Assembly: GCA_964388775.1 (NCBI GenBank)
Contig: CAYMBW010000001.1
Coordinates: 71,317 to 135,316, forward strand
Direction: 5' to 3'
DNA length: 64,000 nt
DNA from: an uncultured Candidatus Saccharibacteria bacterium
GTDB lineage: Bacteria > Patescibacteriota > Minisyncoccia > Minisyncoccales > PEYH01
Part shown: piece by piece, positions 36,416-45,511 of the stretch
Layout of the letters: each line of letters opens with the position of its first letter
How positions within the stretch are numbered: position 1 is the stretch's first letter
Translations under genes and position numbers: made by a program
Notes under the pieces: model-generated
What the model saw: the letters and a program-made list of their open reading frames with translations, nothing else
What the model was told of the DNA's origin: nothing
Database searches by the model: none

Positions 36416-37675
36416 ATGATGGCGAACAAAGAAGACGATTTTGACGTGGCTGTTATTGGAGCCGGCCCGGCCGGAATGATTGCCGCAGGCAGGGCTGGAG
36501 AACTTGGCGCAAAAGTTATTTTATTGGAAAGAAACAAAAAACCGGGCAGAAAATTGATTTTAACCGGTAAAGGGAGATGTAATCTTACTAACGCTGAGTT
36601 TAATTTAAATAAGCTTGTTGAAAATTACGGCAAGAAAGGAAAATTTTTATTCCATTCTTTTTTTGTTTTCGGACCTAAAAATGTCATTAATTTGTTTGAA
36701 AAGCTCGGAGTAAAGACAAAGATTGAAAGAGGAAAAAGAGTTTTTCCGGAAAGCGACAAGGCGGGCGACATATTGATGGCATTGGTTAAATATTTATTGA
36801 AAGGGAGAGTAAAAATCGTTTACAATTCAGAAGTAGCCGGAATTGTTCGCCAGAAAAATAGGATTAAAAAATTAATACTAAAAGACAAGACCGTCATTGC
36901 CAAGAAATATATTTTTTGTACCGGCGGAAAATCATATCCTTTAACCGGCTCAACGGGCGACGGACTTAAGTGGGCAAAAATTTTAGGCCATAAAATCGAA
37001 GAATTATCCCCTGTCTTGGTCCCGATTAAAATAAAAGAAAGCTGGGTTTGGGACCTTCAAGGGTTGGGTCTAAAAAATGTGAAAGTGAGCGCTTGGCAGG
37101 ACGGTGAGAAGCAATGTAGCGGATTCGGGGAATGTCTTTTTACCCATTTCGGATTAAGCGGGCCGATTATTTTGGACATAAGTAAGAAAGTCGGGGAGTT
37201 ATTAAAAAACGGAAAAGTAAAAATAGCCATTGATTTAAAGCCGGCGTTGGACTTGGTAAAATTAGATGAGCGTATTAAAAGGGATTTTCAAAAATATCAA
37301 AATAAATCATTCAAAAATTCCTTAAATGATTTATTGCCTCGCAATTTAATAGGTATTGTCGTGAGAATGTCTAGAATAGACCCGGAGAAAAAAGCGAATA
37401 GCATAACTAAAGAAGAAAGGGCTCGTTTAGCAAAAATTTTAAAAAATTTGGAAATGACTGCGGAAGGATTGCTTGGGTTTGATTCAGCCATAGTCACCGA
37501 AGGAGGAATTTCCTTGAAAGAAATAGAGAGCCGGACAATGAAGTCAAAAATAATTGATAATCTGTATTTTGCCGGAGAAATCATTGATATAGATGGCCCG
37601 ACCGGTGGTTTTAATCTTCAGTTGTGCTGGAGCACCGGTTTCTTGGCCGGAGAAAACGCGGCAAAAGAAGAATAA
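36416..37675 (+). CDS. HI0933/YhiN-family flavoprotein
   Basis: 'GAGPAG', 'GRKLILTGKGRCNLTN', 'GPTGGFNLQ'. Confidence 0.92.
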   Translation: MMANKEDDFDVAVIGAGPAGMIAAGRAGELGAKVILLERNKKPGRKLILTGKGRCNLTNAEFNLNKLVENYGKKGKFLFHSFFVFGPKNVINLFEKLGVKTKIERGKRVFPESDKAGDILMALVKYLLKGRVKIVYNSEVAGIVRQKNRIKKLILKDKTVIAKKYIFCTGGKSYPLTGSTGDGLKWAKILGHKIEELSPVLVPIKIKESWVWDLQGLGLKNVKVSAWQDGEKQCSGFGECLFTHFGLSGPIILDISKKVGELLKNGKVKIAIDLKPALDLVKLDERIKRDFQKYQNKSFKNSLNDLLPRNLIGIVVRMSRIDPEKKANSITKEERARLAKILKNLEMTAEGLLGFDSAIVTEGGISLKEIESRTMKSKIIDNLYFAGEIIDIDGPTGGFNLQLCWSTGFLAGENAAKEE

Positions 37676-37687
37676 TGCGATTGATAT

Positions 37688-38218
37688 ATGGCGCTGGATA
37701 CAAGCATTTTCTATTTTTTAAACGGATTAGCAGGCAAATCGCATGTCTGCGATATTTTAATTATTTTTTCTGCCCAGTATTTCCAATACTTGTTGATTAT
37801 TGCGTTTTTCGTATTTCTTTTCTATTGTTTAAAGGACAAACGGGAGAAAATCCGCATTTTTCTGGCGATTGTTATTTCCATTATTGTGTCACGGGTTTGT
37901 GTTGCCGGAGTTATCCGGTTTTTTTATCATCGTCCCCGGCCGTTTATCTTTGATGATGTTCACCAATTAATATTTCCTAATGGCTATTCTTTTCCTTCGG
38001 GGCATTCGGCATTTTTTTTCGCAATGGCAACAGCGATTTATTTTTACAACAAAAAATTAGGCATAATTTTTTTTATCGCAGCGCTCTTTATGAATGTAAG
38101 CCGAGTTATTGCCGGGGTCCATTATCCTTCTGACATCATCGGAGGAATGATTATAGGCGCAATATCCGCCTTATTTGTGCATTTTCTCACGATGAAGAGA
38201 TATAATAAAAAAATTTAA
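37688..38218 (+). CDS. PAP2-family (BcrC-like) undecaprenyl-diphosphatase
   Basis: 'RPRP', 'SFPSGH', 'SRVIAGVHYPSD'. Confidence 0.9.
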   Translation: MALDTSIFYFLNGLAGKSHVCDILIIFSAQYFQYLLIIAFFVFLFYCLKDKREKIRIFLAIVISIIVSRVCVAGVIRFFYHRPRPFIFDDVHQLIFPNGYSFPSGHSAFFFAMATAIYFYNKKLGIIFFIAALFMNVSRVIAGVHYPSDIIGGMIIGAISALFVHFLTMKRYNKKI

Positions 38219-38442
38219 TAATTCATTTTATAAAAAAATTTATTTGCCGAATTGTTAATAACTTTTTCTATTGACACGCATTGTGTGTAATCTATTATTA
38301 ATAATAGAAAGGGACATTAAGGGTTGGTCTCCTTACCGCCTTTCGTTGAAAGCGGTTTGGTAAGGCAAGGGATAATTTAGATTATTCTTTTTGCCCCAGA
38401 GAGCCGTTGGTCAAATGCCAGCAAAGAAAAAGAAGAAGAAAT

Positions 38443-38477
38443 AAAACAGAAGGCACCCTTGCGGTGCCTTTTGTTTT
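38443..38477 (+). terminator. Intrinsic terminator
   Basis: AAAACAGAAGGCACC-cttgc-GGTGCCTTTTGTTTT. Confidence 0.75.
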
Positions 38478-38650
38478 GGCTCGAATCCCATTTCTGGATA
38501 ACTCCACTTGACAGTTTTTTTAGTTAGAATATAATTTTCTCAGAATGATTTTATGAGGTTGGTCTCTCATAATCATTCAGGTAAAATATGGACTTGATTG
38601 TATCAAGGAGCAGAAATATTCTTAAGATATTAGCAGGCCCATAAAAAATA

Positions 38651-38779
38651 ATGATTAACGACGAATTAATGTTTGATGACTGGGAGGAAGATGCGGAAGA
38701 AGAAAAGTCAGGAGAAGAAGATGTCGAGGGATTGTCTTCGGAGGGAGACGACGAAGATGAGGAGGGTGACGAAGAGTAA
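38651..38779 (+). CDS. Small, highly acidic 42-aa peptide
   Basis: MINDELMFDDWEEDAEEEKSGEEDVEGLSSEGDDEDEEGDEE; promoter TTGACA-16-TATAAT (38508-38535) and terminator at about 38793-38830. Confidence 0.6.
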   Translation: MINDELMFDDWEEDAEEEKSGEEDVEGLSSEGDDEDEEGDEE

Positions 38780-38896
38780 AGGGTGAAGAAGAGCAAAAAA
38801 GAAGCGCCGATTAAGGCGCTTCCTTTTTGCTTTTTAAACCTTGTTTAATGTGATATTGTAGAATAGAATAGAAGTCATTAATTGTTCTGATTATTT

Positions 38897-40165
38897 ATGT
38901 ATCAAAAAACTGTTTTAAAAAATGGGCTAAGAATTATCGCTGTGCCGGACAAGAGTACCCAAGCAGTGACGGTTTTACTTTTGGTGAAAATAGGAAGCAA
39001 ATATGAGATTAAAGGAACCAGCGGCATTTCCCATTTTTTGGAGCATATGCTTTTTAAGGGGACCAAAAAGCGTCCCACTTCCACCGATGTCGCAGAAGCG
39101 CTGGATAAGGTGGGGGGAAATTATAACGCTTTTACCGGCGAAGAATTCACCGGCTATTTTGCTAAAGTAGAGTCGTCCCACTTTGACTTGGCCCTGGACT
39201 GGGTGGCAGATATTTATTTAAATTCCCTTTTGCCCGAAAAAGAAATCAAAAAAGAGAAAGGAGTGATAGTGGAAGAAATCAATATGTACCACGATAATCC
39301 AATGGCGCATATCCAGAATTTATGGAAAAAATTACTTTATGGAGACCAGCCGGCTGGCTGGAGTGTGGCAGGCGAAAAATCAGGCGTAAAGAAGATTACC
39401 AAAGAACAACTATCGTCTTACCGAAAAAACCATTACACCGCCTCAAATTCTTTGGTCTGCATAGCCGGCAATTTTGATGGGGCAGAAGCAAAGAGAAAAG
39501 TAAGGGAATATTTTTCTAAATTGTCGAAAGGTAAAGTTCATCTTAAGCCAAAAGTTATTGAAAGCCAAAAAAAGCCGAATTCCTTGATTCATTTTAGAAA
39601 AATCGACCAAACGCATCTTTGTTTGGGGGTTCGGGCATACAATCTTTTCCATCCCCAAAGATATGCTTTAGAATTGTTAGCCGTAATATTAGGCGGAATG
39701 ATGAGTTCCCGCTTGTTTGTAGAAGTGCGCGAGAAATTAGGGCTTGCCTATTATGTTGTCACCTTGCCGGAAAGCGACTCGGACACTGGCTTTCTGTTAA
39801 CAAGGGCAGGAGTGGATAACAAAAATGTTGATAAAGCCATTAAGGCGATTTTAAGAGAATACAAGAAGATAAAAGAAGAGCTTGTTGGGCCGGCAGAACT
39901 CCAAAAAGCAAAGGATTATATTAAAGGCAAAATGGCTCTTTCTCTGGAAGTATCCGATGCCTTGGCTGCTTTTTACGGAGGCCAGGAACTTTTAGAAAAT
40001 AGGATTTTAAGCCAAAAACAAATTTTTAAAAAGATTGATAGCGTTAAATCAAAAGATATTTTAGAGGTGGCGCAGGATATTTTTCAACCGCAGAAATTAA
40101 ATCTTGTTTTACTTGGTCCGCTGAAAGACAAAAAAGCATTTGAAAACTTATTAAAAGAGTTTTAA
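38897..40165 (+). CDS. M16-family (pitrilysin-like) zinc peptidase
   Basis: 'HFLEHMLFKGT', 'SSRLFVEVREKLGLAY'. Confidence 0.93.
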   Translation: MYQKTVLKNGLRIIAVPDKSTQAVTVLLLVKIGSKYEIKGTSGISHFLEHMLFKGTKKRPTSTDVAEALDKVGGNYNAFTGEEFTGYFAKVESSHFDLALDWVADIYLNSLLPEKEIKKEKGVIVEEINMYHDNPMAHIQNLWKKLLYGDQPAGWSVAGEKSGVKKITKEQLSSYRKNHYTASNSLVCIAGNFDGAEAKRKVREYFSKLSKGKVHLKPKVIESQKKPNSLIHFRKIDQTHLCLGVRAYNLFHPQRYALELLAVILGGMMSSRLFVEVREKLGLAYYVVTLPESDSDTGFLLTRAGVDNKNVDKAIKAILREYKKIKEELVGPAELQKAKDYIKGKMALSLEVSDALAAFYGGQELLENRILSQKQIFKKIDSVKSKDILEVAQDIFQPQKLNLVLLGPLKDKKAFENLLKEF

Positions 40166-40175
40166 TATTAATGTA

Positions 40176-41252
40176 ATGGATGAGGAACGGCCACTGAATT
40201 ATATTCCGGAAAATATCGGAAGAGGCAACGGCTCCCGTGTTTTAGATATTTCCTGGGCGACTATCCTAAAAATTATTTTTGCCTTAGGCGCGCTTTATTT
40301 TGTCTTTTTAGTAAGAGATATCCTTATTTGGTTTATTTTTGCGCTGGTAATTTCTATCCTGTTCAACCCAGCTATAAATTTTCTCCACAAGTTGCATATT
40401 CCAAGAGTGATGGCGGCGATTTTGGTTTATTTAAGCATTTTTGTTTTTTTGGGAGTGTTTATGTATATCCTCGCTCCTTTGCTTTTTTCCGAATTACAGC
40501 AATTCAGTGTTAACTTGCCCACTTATTTTGACCAAGGAGCTCCATATTTCAGCGGTCTAAAAATAGAGGCCTTGCAAAATTTTCAATCATTTACCGAAGC
40601 ATTGAGCAAAGGGCTTTCTAATGCTTCATCTAATATATTCACTGCTATGTCAGCCATTTTCGGAGGCATTGCCTCTACAATAGCTATCTTTTCCATTGCT
40701 TTTTTCTTGTCGCTGGAAGAAGAAGGTTTGCTCAAAGCGATAATGCTTGTTTCCCCGCCTCGTTATAAAACAAAGATTCTGACCGTCTGGCAGAGAAGTC
40801 AGAAAAAAGTGGCTTCTTGGTTTGGGGTAAGGATTATTTGTTGTTTCTTCATAGGGCTGACAATAGGAATCGCCTGCTATGTTTTGGATATTAGATATGC
40901 CGCCTTTCTTGGACTTTTCGCCGGACTCTTTAATATAATTTTTACAATCGGTCCATTCTTAAGTGGAACCGCTATTACCTTGTTTATTTTGGCGATTGCC
41001 GGTTTGCCCAAAGCGATTATATTCCTTATTATATTTTTTGTCGCGCAGGAAATAGAAAGCTATGTCATTATGCCGGTTTTGACCAAAAGACTTTTACGGC
41101 TTTCACCTTCTCTTGTGTTAATATCTTTATTAATCGGCGCTAAACTCTGGGGGCTTCTGGGAGCGATTTTAGCCATTCCCTTGGTGGGGATGTTCTTTGA
41201 GTTTGCCCAAGGATTTCTTACAAAAAGAGAAGCTATAGAGCAAGAGCTGTAA
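40176..41252 (+). CDS. AI-2E family transporter
   Basis: Multi-TM; 'QEIESYVIMP', 'GLLGAILAIP'. Confidence 0.88.
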   Translation: MDEERPLNYIPENIGRGNGSRVLDISWATILKIIFALGALYFVFLVRDILIWFIFALVISILFNPAINFLHKLHIPRVMAAILVYLSIFVFLGVFMYILAPLLFSELQQFSVNLPTYFDQGAPYFSGLKIEALQNFQSFTEALSKGLSNASSNIFTAMSAIFGGIASTIAIFSIAFFLSLEEEGLLKAIMLVSPPRYKTKILTVWQRSQKKVASWFGVRIICCFFIGLTIGIACYVLDIRYAAFLGLFAGLFNIIFTIGPFLSGTAITLFILAIAGLPKAIIFLIIFFVAQEIESYVIMPVLTKRLLRLSPSLVLISLLIGAKLWGLLGAILAIPLVGMFFEFAQGFLTKREAIEQEL

Positions 41253-41262
41253 CAGAATTAGA

Positions 41263-41949
41263 ATGCCAGAATTTTTTGTCGTTGCTACTCCAATAGGAAA
41301 TCTTCAAGATATATCCTTCCGAGCCCTTGAAGCGCTGAAAAGGGCTGATTTCATTTTGTGCGAGGATACGAGAGTAAGCCAAAAATTGTTAAATCACTTC
41401 GGAATAAGCAAGCCATTGATAAGTTATCATCAGCATTCAAAATCGGCAAAAGTAGAATCAATTATAAGATTATTAAAGCAAGGCAAGAATGTTGCCCTTA
41501 TAACTGATGCCGGCACGCCGGGCATATCTGACCCGGGGAATAAGTTGATATGGGACATAACTCAAGAGCTGGGTGAGAGCGTAAATATTATTCCGATTCC
41601 CGGGCCATCTGCGCTCGCAACAATCGCCTCAGTGGCAGGCATCCCTATGGACAAGTTTTTGTTCTTAGGTTTCCCGCCTCAGAAAAAAGGAAGAAATAAA
41701 TTTTTCAAGGAAGTTATTGATTCTAAATATCCGGTAATTTTTTATGAGTCGCCCTATAGAATTATAAAATCCCTTAAACAACTTCAAGAATTAGACCTGG
41801 AAATTGAGGCAATAGTTGGCAGGGAATTGACTAAAAAATTTGAAACAATTTATCGCGGGAGAATTGACAAAGTGATAGAGTTAATAGAAAAAGACAAGAC
41901 AAAAGGCGAATTCGCCGTTATTGTCAAAAGAGATGGCAAAGAAAAATAA
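41263..41949 (+). CDS. rsmI: 16S rRNA C1402 2'-O-methyltransferase
   Basis: 'VATPIGNLQDIS', 'DAGTPGISDPG', 'RELTKKFE'. Confidence 0.95.
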   Translation: MPEFFVVATPIGNLQDISFRALEALKRADFILCEDTRVSQKLLNHFGISKPLISYHQHSKSAKVESIIRLLKQGKNVALITDAGTPGISDPGNKLIWDITQELGESVNIIPIPGPSALATIASVAGIPMDKFLFLGFPPQKKGRNKFFKEVIDSKYPVIFYESPYRIIKSLKQLQELDLEIEAIVGRELTKKFETIYRGRIDKVIELIEKDKTKGEFAVIVKRDGKEK

Positions 41950-43396
41950 AAAATTCTATATCTCCACGGCCTTGCCTTATGTCAATTCCATTCCCCATAT
42001 CGGCTTTGCTTTGGAAATCATATATGCAGATGTCTTGGCCCGTTATCATCGCAGTTTAGGCGAGGATGTCTTCTTTTTGACCGGCACTGACGAAAATGGG
42101 TTGAAAATTGCTCGGGCAGCGGAAGAATCAGGAGTTCCGGTGAAAGAATTTGCCAGGAAGAATGCCGAGGCCTTCCGCGAACTCAAAGAAATCCTTAACT
42201 TGTCTTTTGATGATTTTATAAGAACCACCGAAGAAAGGCATATTAAAGCGGTTTATAAATTATGGCAGACGTGTAAGCAAGATATCTATAAAAAGAAGTA
42301 TCAAGGCCTTTATTGTGTCGGATGCGAACGATTCTATAAAGAAGAAGATTTGGCCGATGGACTGTGTCCGGAACACAAAACAAAACCGGAATTTATAGAA
42401 GAAGAAAATTATTTTTTTAAGCTTTCTAAATACGAAGAACAGCTCAAAGAATTGATAGAAGAAGATATTTTGAAAATTGTCCCGCAAACCCGCAAAAACG
42501 AAGTTTTAAGTTTTATTAACAAAGGGCTTGAGGATATTTGTATTTCTCGTTCGTCTAAGAGAGCGAGGAATTGGGGCATACCGGTGCCGGGCGACGAGAG
42601 CCAATTTTGCTGGTGCTGGTTTGATGCGGTGATAAACTATATCAGTGCTTTGGGATATGGGGTTGATGATAAAAATTTTCAGCAATGGTGGCAGGCAAAT
42701 AATAATAATAAAATTCATGTTATTGGCAAGGGAATTTTAAATTTCCATGCCCTTTACTGGCCCGCAGCCCTTCTGTCCGCTGGATTATCCCTGCCTAATA
42801 TTTTGTTTGTTCACGGTTATGTCACCGTGGGAGGGCAGAAAATGTCTAAAAGTTTGGGGAACATTGTTAGCCCCAAAGAATTAGCCGGGAAATACGGGAT
42901 TGACGCGGTGCGATACTTTTTTTTAAGAGAGGCATCTCCTTTTGATGACAGCGATTTTACCATTGAGAAATTTGAAGAGAGATATAATGCGGATTTGGCG
43001 AAGGGGCTGGGGAATCTCGTTGCGAGGGTAGTAACCCTCGCAAGTAAGTCCAAAGTCCAAAGTCCAAAGTCCAAAGTAAAAATTACAATTCAAAACCCAA
43101 AACCAAAAGAAGAAATAGCCAAAACTCAAGAGAATTATAAAAGGGCATTAGAGGAATTTAAATTTAATGAAGCGTTGCGAACAATCTGGGGGCTAATAGG
43201 ATTTTGCGATAGATATATTGAGCAGGAGCGGCCTTGGGAGGGCACGGAAAACAAATCATTAATTATTAATGATTTGTTGTTGGCAATTGAAGAAGTCGCC
43301 AAATTACTTGAACCATTCTTGCCAGAGACCTCGCAAAAAATAACGGCCCAACTCCAATCCTTAGAATCTGTTCCTCTCTTTCCCCGTTTGGCCTGA
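41933..43396 (+). CDS. metG: Methionine--tRNA ligase
   Basis: 'TALPYVNSIPHIG', 'TGTDE', 'KMSKS'. Confidence 0.96.
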   Translation: MAKKNKKFYISTALPYVNSIPHIGFALEIIYADVLARYHRSLGEDVFFLTGTDENGLKIARAAEESGVPVKEFARKNAEAFRELKEILNLSFDDFIRTTEERHIKAVYKLWQTCKQDIYKKKYQGLYCVGCERFYKEEDLADGLCPEHKTKPEFIEEENYFFKLSKYEEQLKELIEEDILKIVPQTRKNEVLSFINKGLEDICISRSSKRARNWGIPVPGDESQFCWCWFDAVINYISALGYGVDDKNFQQWWQANNNNKIHVIGKGILNFHALYWPAALLSAGLSLPNILFVHGYVTVGGQKMSKSLGNIVSPKELAGKYGIDAVRYFFLREASPFDDSDFTIEKFEERYNADLAKGLGNLVARVVTLASKSKVQSPKSKVKITIQNPKPKEEIAKTQENYKRALEEFKFNEALRTIWGLIGFCDRYIEQERPWEGTENKSLIINDLLLAIEEVAKLLEPFLPETSQKITAQLQSLESVPLFPRLA

Positions 43397-43432
43397 TTTT
43401 TAATTTCAATATGTTATTTTTCGTTTTTCATT

Positions 43433-44311
43433 ATGTTCATAGACACCCACGCCCATCTTAATTTCCCTGCTTTTGTGAAAGACAGGGATAAGCTCATAAA
43501 AGAGTGCCTTAAAAAAGATATTTGGCTTATAAATGTTGGCACTAATCTTTTTACTTCCAAAAAAGCAGTTGAAATTGCCCAGCGTTATGGTGAGGGAGTT
43601 TACGCTTCAATTGGTCTGCATCCGCTTAATCTTGACACCGGTTTTGTCAAAATAAAAATTGACAAGGATGAAGTAGACAAGGAAGAAAGTCCGTTTGAAT
43701 CAGAATTTGATTATGAGACCTATCAAAAACTCGCTTTTGACAAAAAAGTAGTGGCAATAGGGGAAATCGGGCTGGATTATTATTGGAAACCGAAAACCAA
43801 AATAAAATTGGAGAAATTTAAAGAGGCCCAGAATATTTTATTCCGTCAACAGTTAAGATTGGCGAAAGAATTGGATTTACCGATTATCATCCACTGCCGA
43901 ATGGCTCATGATGATTTAATAAGAATTTTGAAAGAGCAATCCTTAATTTATGATTCCAATTTCAAGGGAGTAATTCATTGTTTCACCGGCAACTGGGAAC
44001 AGGCAAGGGCCTATATGGCAATGGGATTTCATATCGGGTTCAATGGTATAATTTTTAAATTTGATCAAGACGATATTATTAAGAAAATGCCTTTAGAAAA
44101 AATGTTAATTGAGACAGATTGTCCCTATTTGTTACCGCCAAAATATAAGAAAAAAATCAATGACCCGATGGGCGTGGAATATGTGGCTAAGGAAATCGCT
44201 AAAATCAGAAACATTTCTCTTAAAGAGGTTGCTGACCAAACCACCCAAAACGCCCAAAAATTGTTCATTGGCATTAGTAAGCTGGTTGACAAAAGTGGCA
44301 AAAAAGTTTAA
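43433..44311 (+). CDS. tatD: TatD-family DNase
   Basis: 'IDTHAH', 'GEIGLDY', 'IHCR', 'HCF', 'ETDCPY'. Confidence 0.92.
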   Translation: MFIDTHAHLNFPAFVKDRDKLIKECLKKDIWLINVGTNLFTSKKAVEIAQRYGEGVYASIGLHPLNLDTGFVKIKIDKDEVDKEESPFESEFDYETYQKLAFDKKVVAIGEIGLDYYWKPKTKIKLEKFKEAQNILFRQQLRLAKELDLPIIIHCRMAHDDLIRILKEQSLIYDSNFKGVIHCFTGNWEQARAYMAMGFHIGFNGIIFKFDQDDIIKKMPLEKMLIETDCPYLLPPKYKKKINDPMGVEYVAKEIAKIRNISLKEVADQTTQNAQKLFIGISKLVDKSGKKV

Positions 44312-44346
44312 AATAAAACCAATTCAGAGATTCAAGGAGGAAAGAC

Positions 44347-44472
44347 ATGAAATGGAATCCAATTTCCCCAATAAAGAGGGACCTGAAGAAAGATTTAACA
44401 GTTCTTTTCAATTGGCTTATTGGTTTAGCCAAAAGACATAAGAACAGACCCCGCTCTTATTGGGATGTTTAG
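44347..44472 (+). CDS. Small 41-aa peptide in its own transcription unit
   Basis: TTGACA-17-TAAAAT (44286-44314), AAGGAGG RBS, terminator AACCGAGC-cta-GCTCGGTT-T7. Confidence 0.55.
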   Translation: MKWNPISPIKRDLKKDLTVLFNWLIGLAKRHKNRPRSYWDV

Positions 44473-44597
44473 TATGAGGAGATTATAACCGAGCCTAGCT
44501 CGGTTTTTTTTATTGAAAAATTTGGGGATTCTGGATAGAATAGAATTAGTGTTTTTTTATTTTAACTGTTTTATCACTTTTTCCATTCCGTTATCCA

Positions 44598-44658
44598 TTT
44601 CGTTACCGAGTAACGAAACGATATTACAGATATTAGATATTCGTTACCGAGTAACGAA
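44598..44658. repeat. REP palindromes TCGTTACCGAGTAACGA x2 upstream of RAYT (third, inverted copy at 45413-45429)
   Basis: Perfect stems with 3-nt loops on both sides of the transposase. Confidence 0.85.
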
Positions 44659-44699
44659 ATATGTAACGAAATATAACGAAATGGAATGAAATATATTAT

Positions 44700-45383
44700 A
44701 TGAGAAAAACGCAATTGGTTTCGGGAGAATATTATCATATCTATAATCACGGAGTTGATGATCGTAAAGTTTTTGAAAATAATACTGATTTTATGAGAGC
44801 AGCAGTCAATCTAACGGTTTTTAATGATGCGAAGTCTTCTCCCGGAATACTTTCTCGTTTTGTTAAAGACCCCTCAAAACTTATTGATTCCTATATGCCC
44901 GATAATCGAGAACGGTTGATCGATATTATTGCTTTCACATTAAACTCTAATCATTATCATCTTTTTGTAAGGCAAAAAGCTGAAAAAGGAATTTCTCGTT
45001 TTATGCATTCTTTTGACAAAGGTTATGCCCGCTATTTTAATCTTAAAAACGATCGAAGGGGCGCGCTTTGGGAAGGCAGTTTTGGAATTAAACTAATTGA
45101 TAATGAGTCCTATTTTTTTCACATCATGGACTATGTCCATCTGAATGTTCTTGATAATTTCCAACCCAAGTGGCGTGATGGCAGGATAGAGAATTGGGAA
45201 AGGGCTGCTGTAGACATGAAGAATTATATTTGGTCAAGCTATCCTTATTATCGCACCGGGACAAGTCAAATTCCTTTTATGAATTTGATAATCACAAGAC
45301 CTGATTGGTTAAAGGAATATTGTCCAAAGCCAGAGGATTTTGAGAAAAGCGTTCATCTTTGGTCAATGCGAAACACTTTATGA
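44700..45383 (+). mobile_element. REP-associated tyrosine transposase (RAYT, IS200/Y1 HUH family)
   Basis: 'YYHIYNHG', HUH motif 'NHYHL', 'YARYFN', 'YVHLN', 'WSSY'; flanked by palindromes. Confidence 0.88.
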
Positions 45384-45511
45384 ATATTATGATAGCTATC
45401 GTTATCCGCGTATCGTTACTCGGTAACGAAAGATAACACTAAGTGGATGATGTCATATGAACCAGCGCATTTTATTGAAAAATTTGGGGATTTTGCGTAG
45501 AATGAAGAGTA

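Noticed and set aside
44598-44695. Repeats upstream of RAYT, and at 26276-26370, as a CRISPR array
   Set aside because: Only 2-3 short palindromes with irregular spacing and no cas genes; better explained as REPs.
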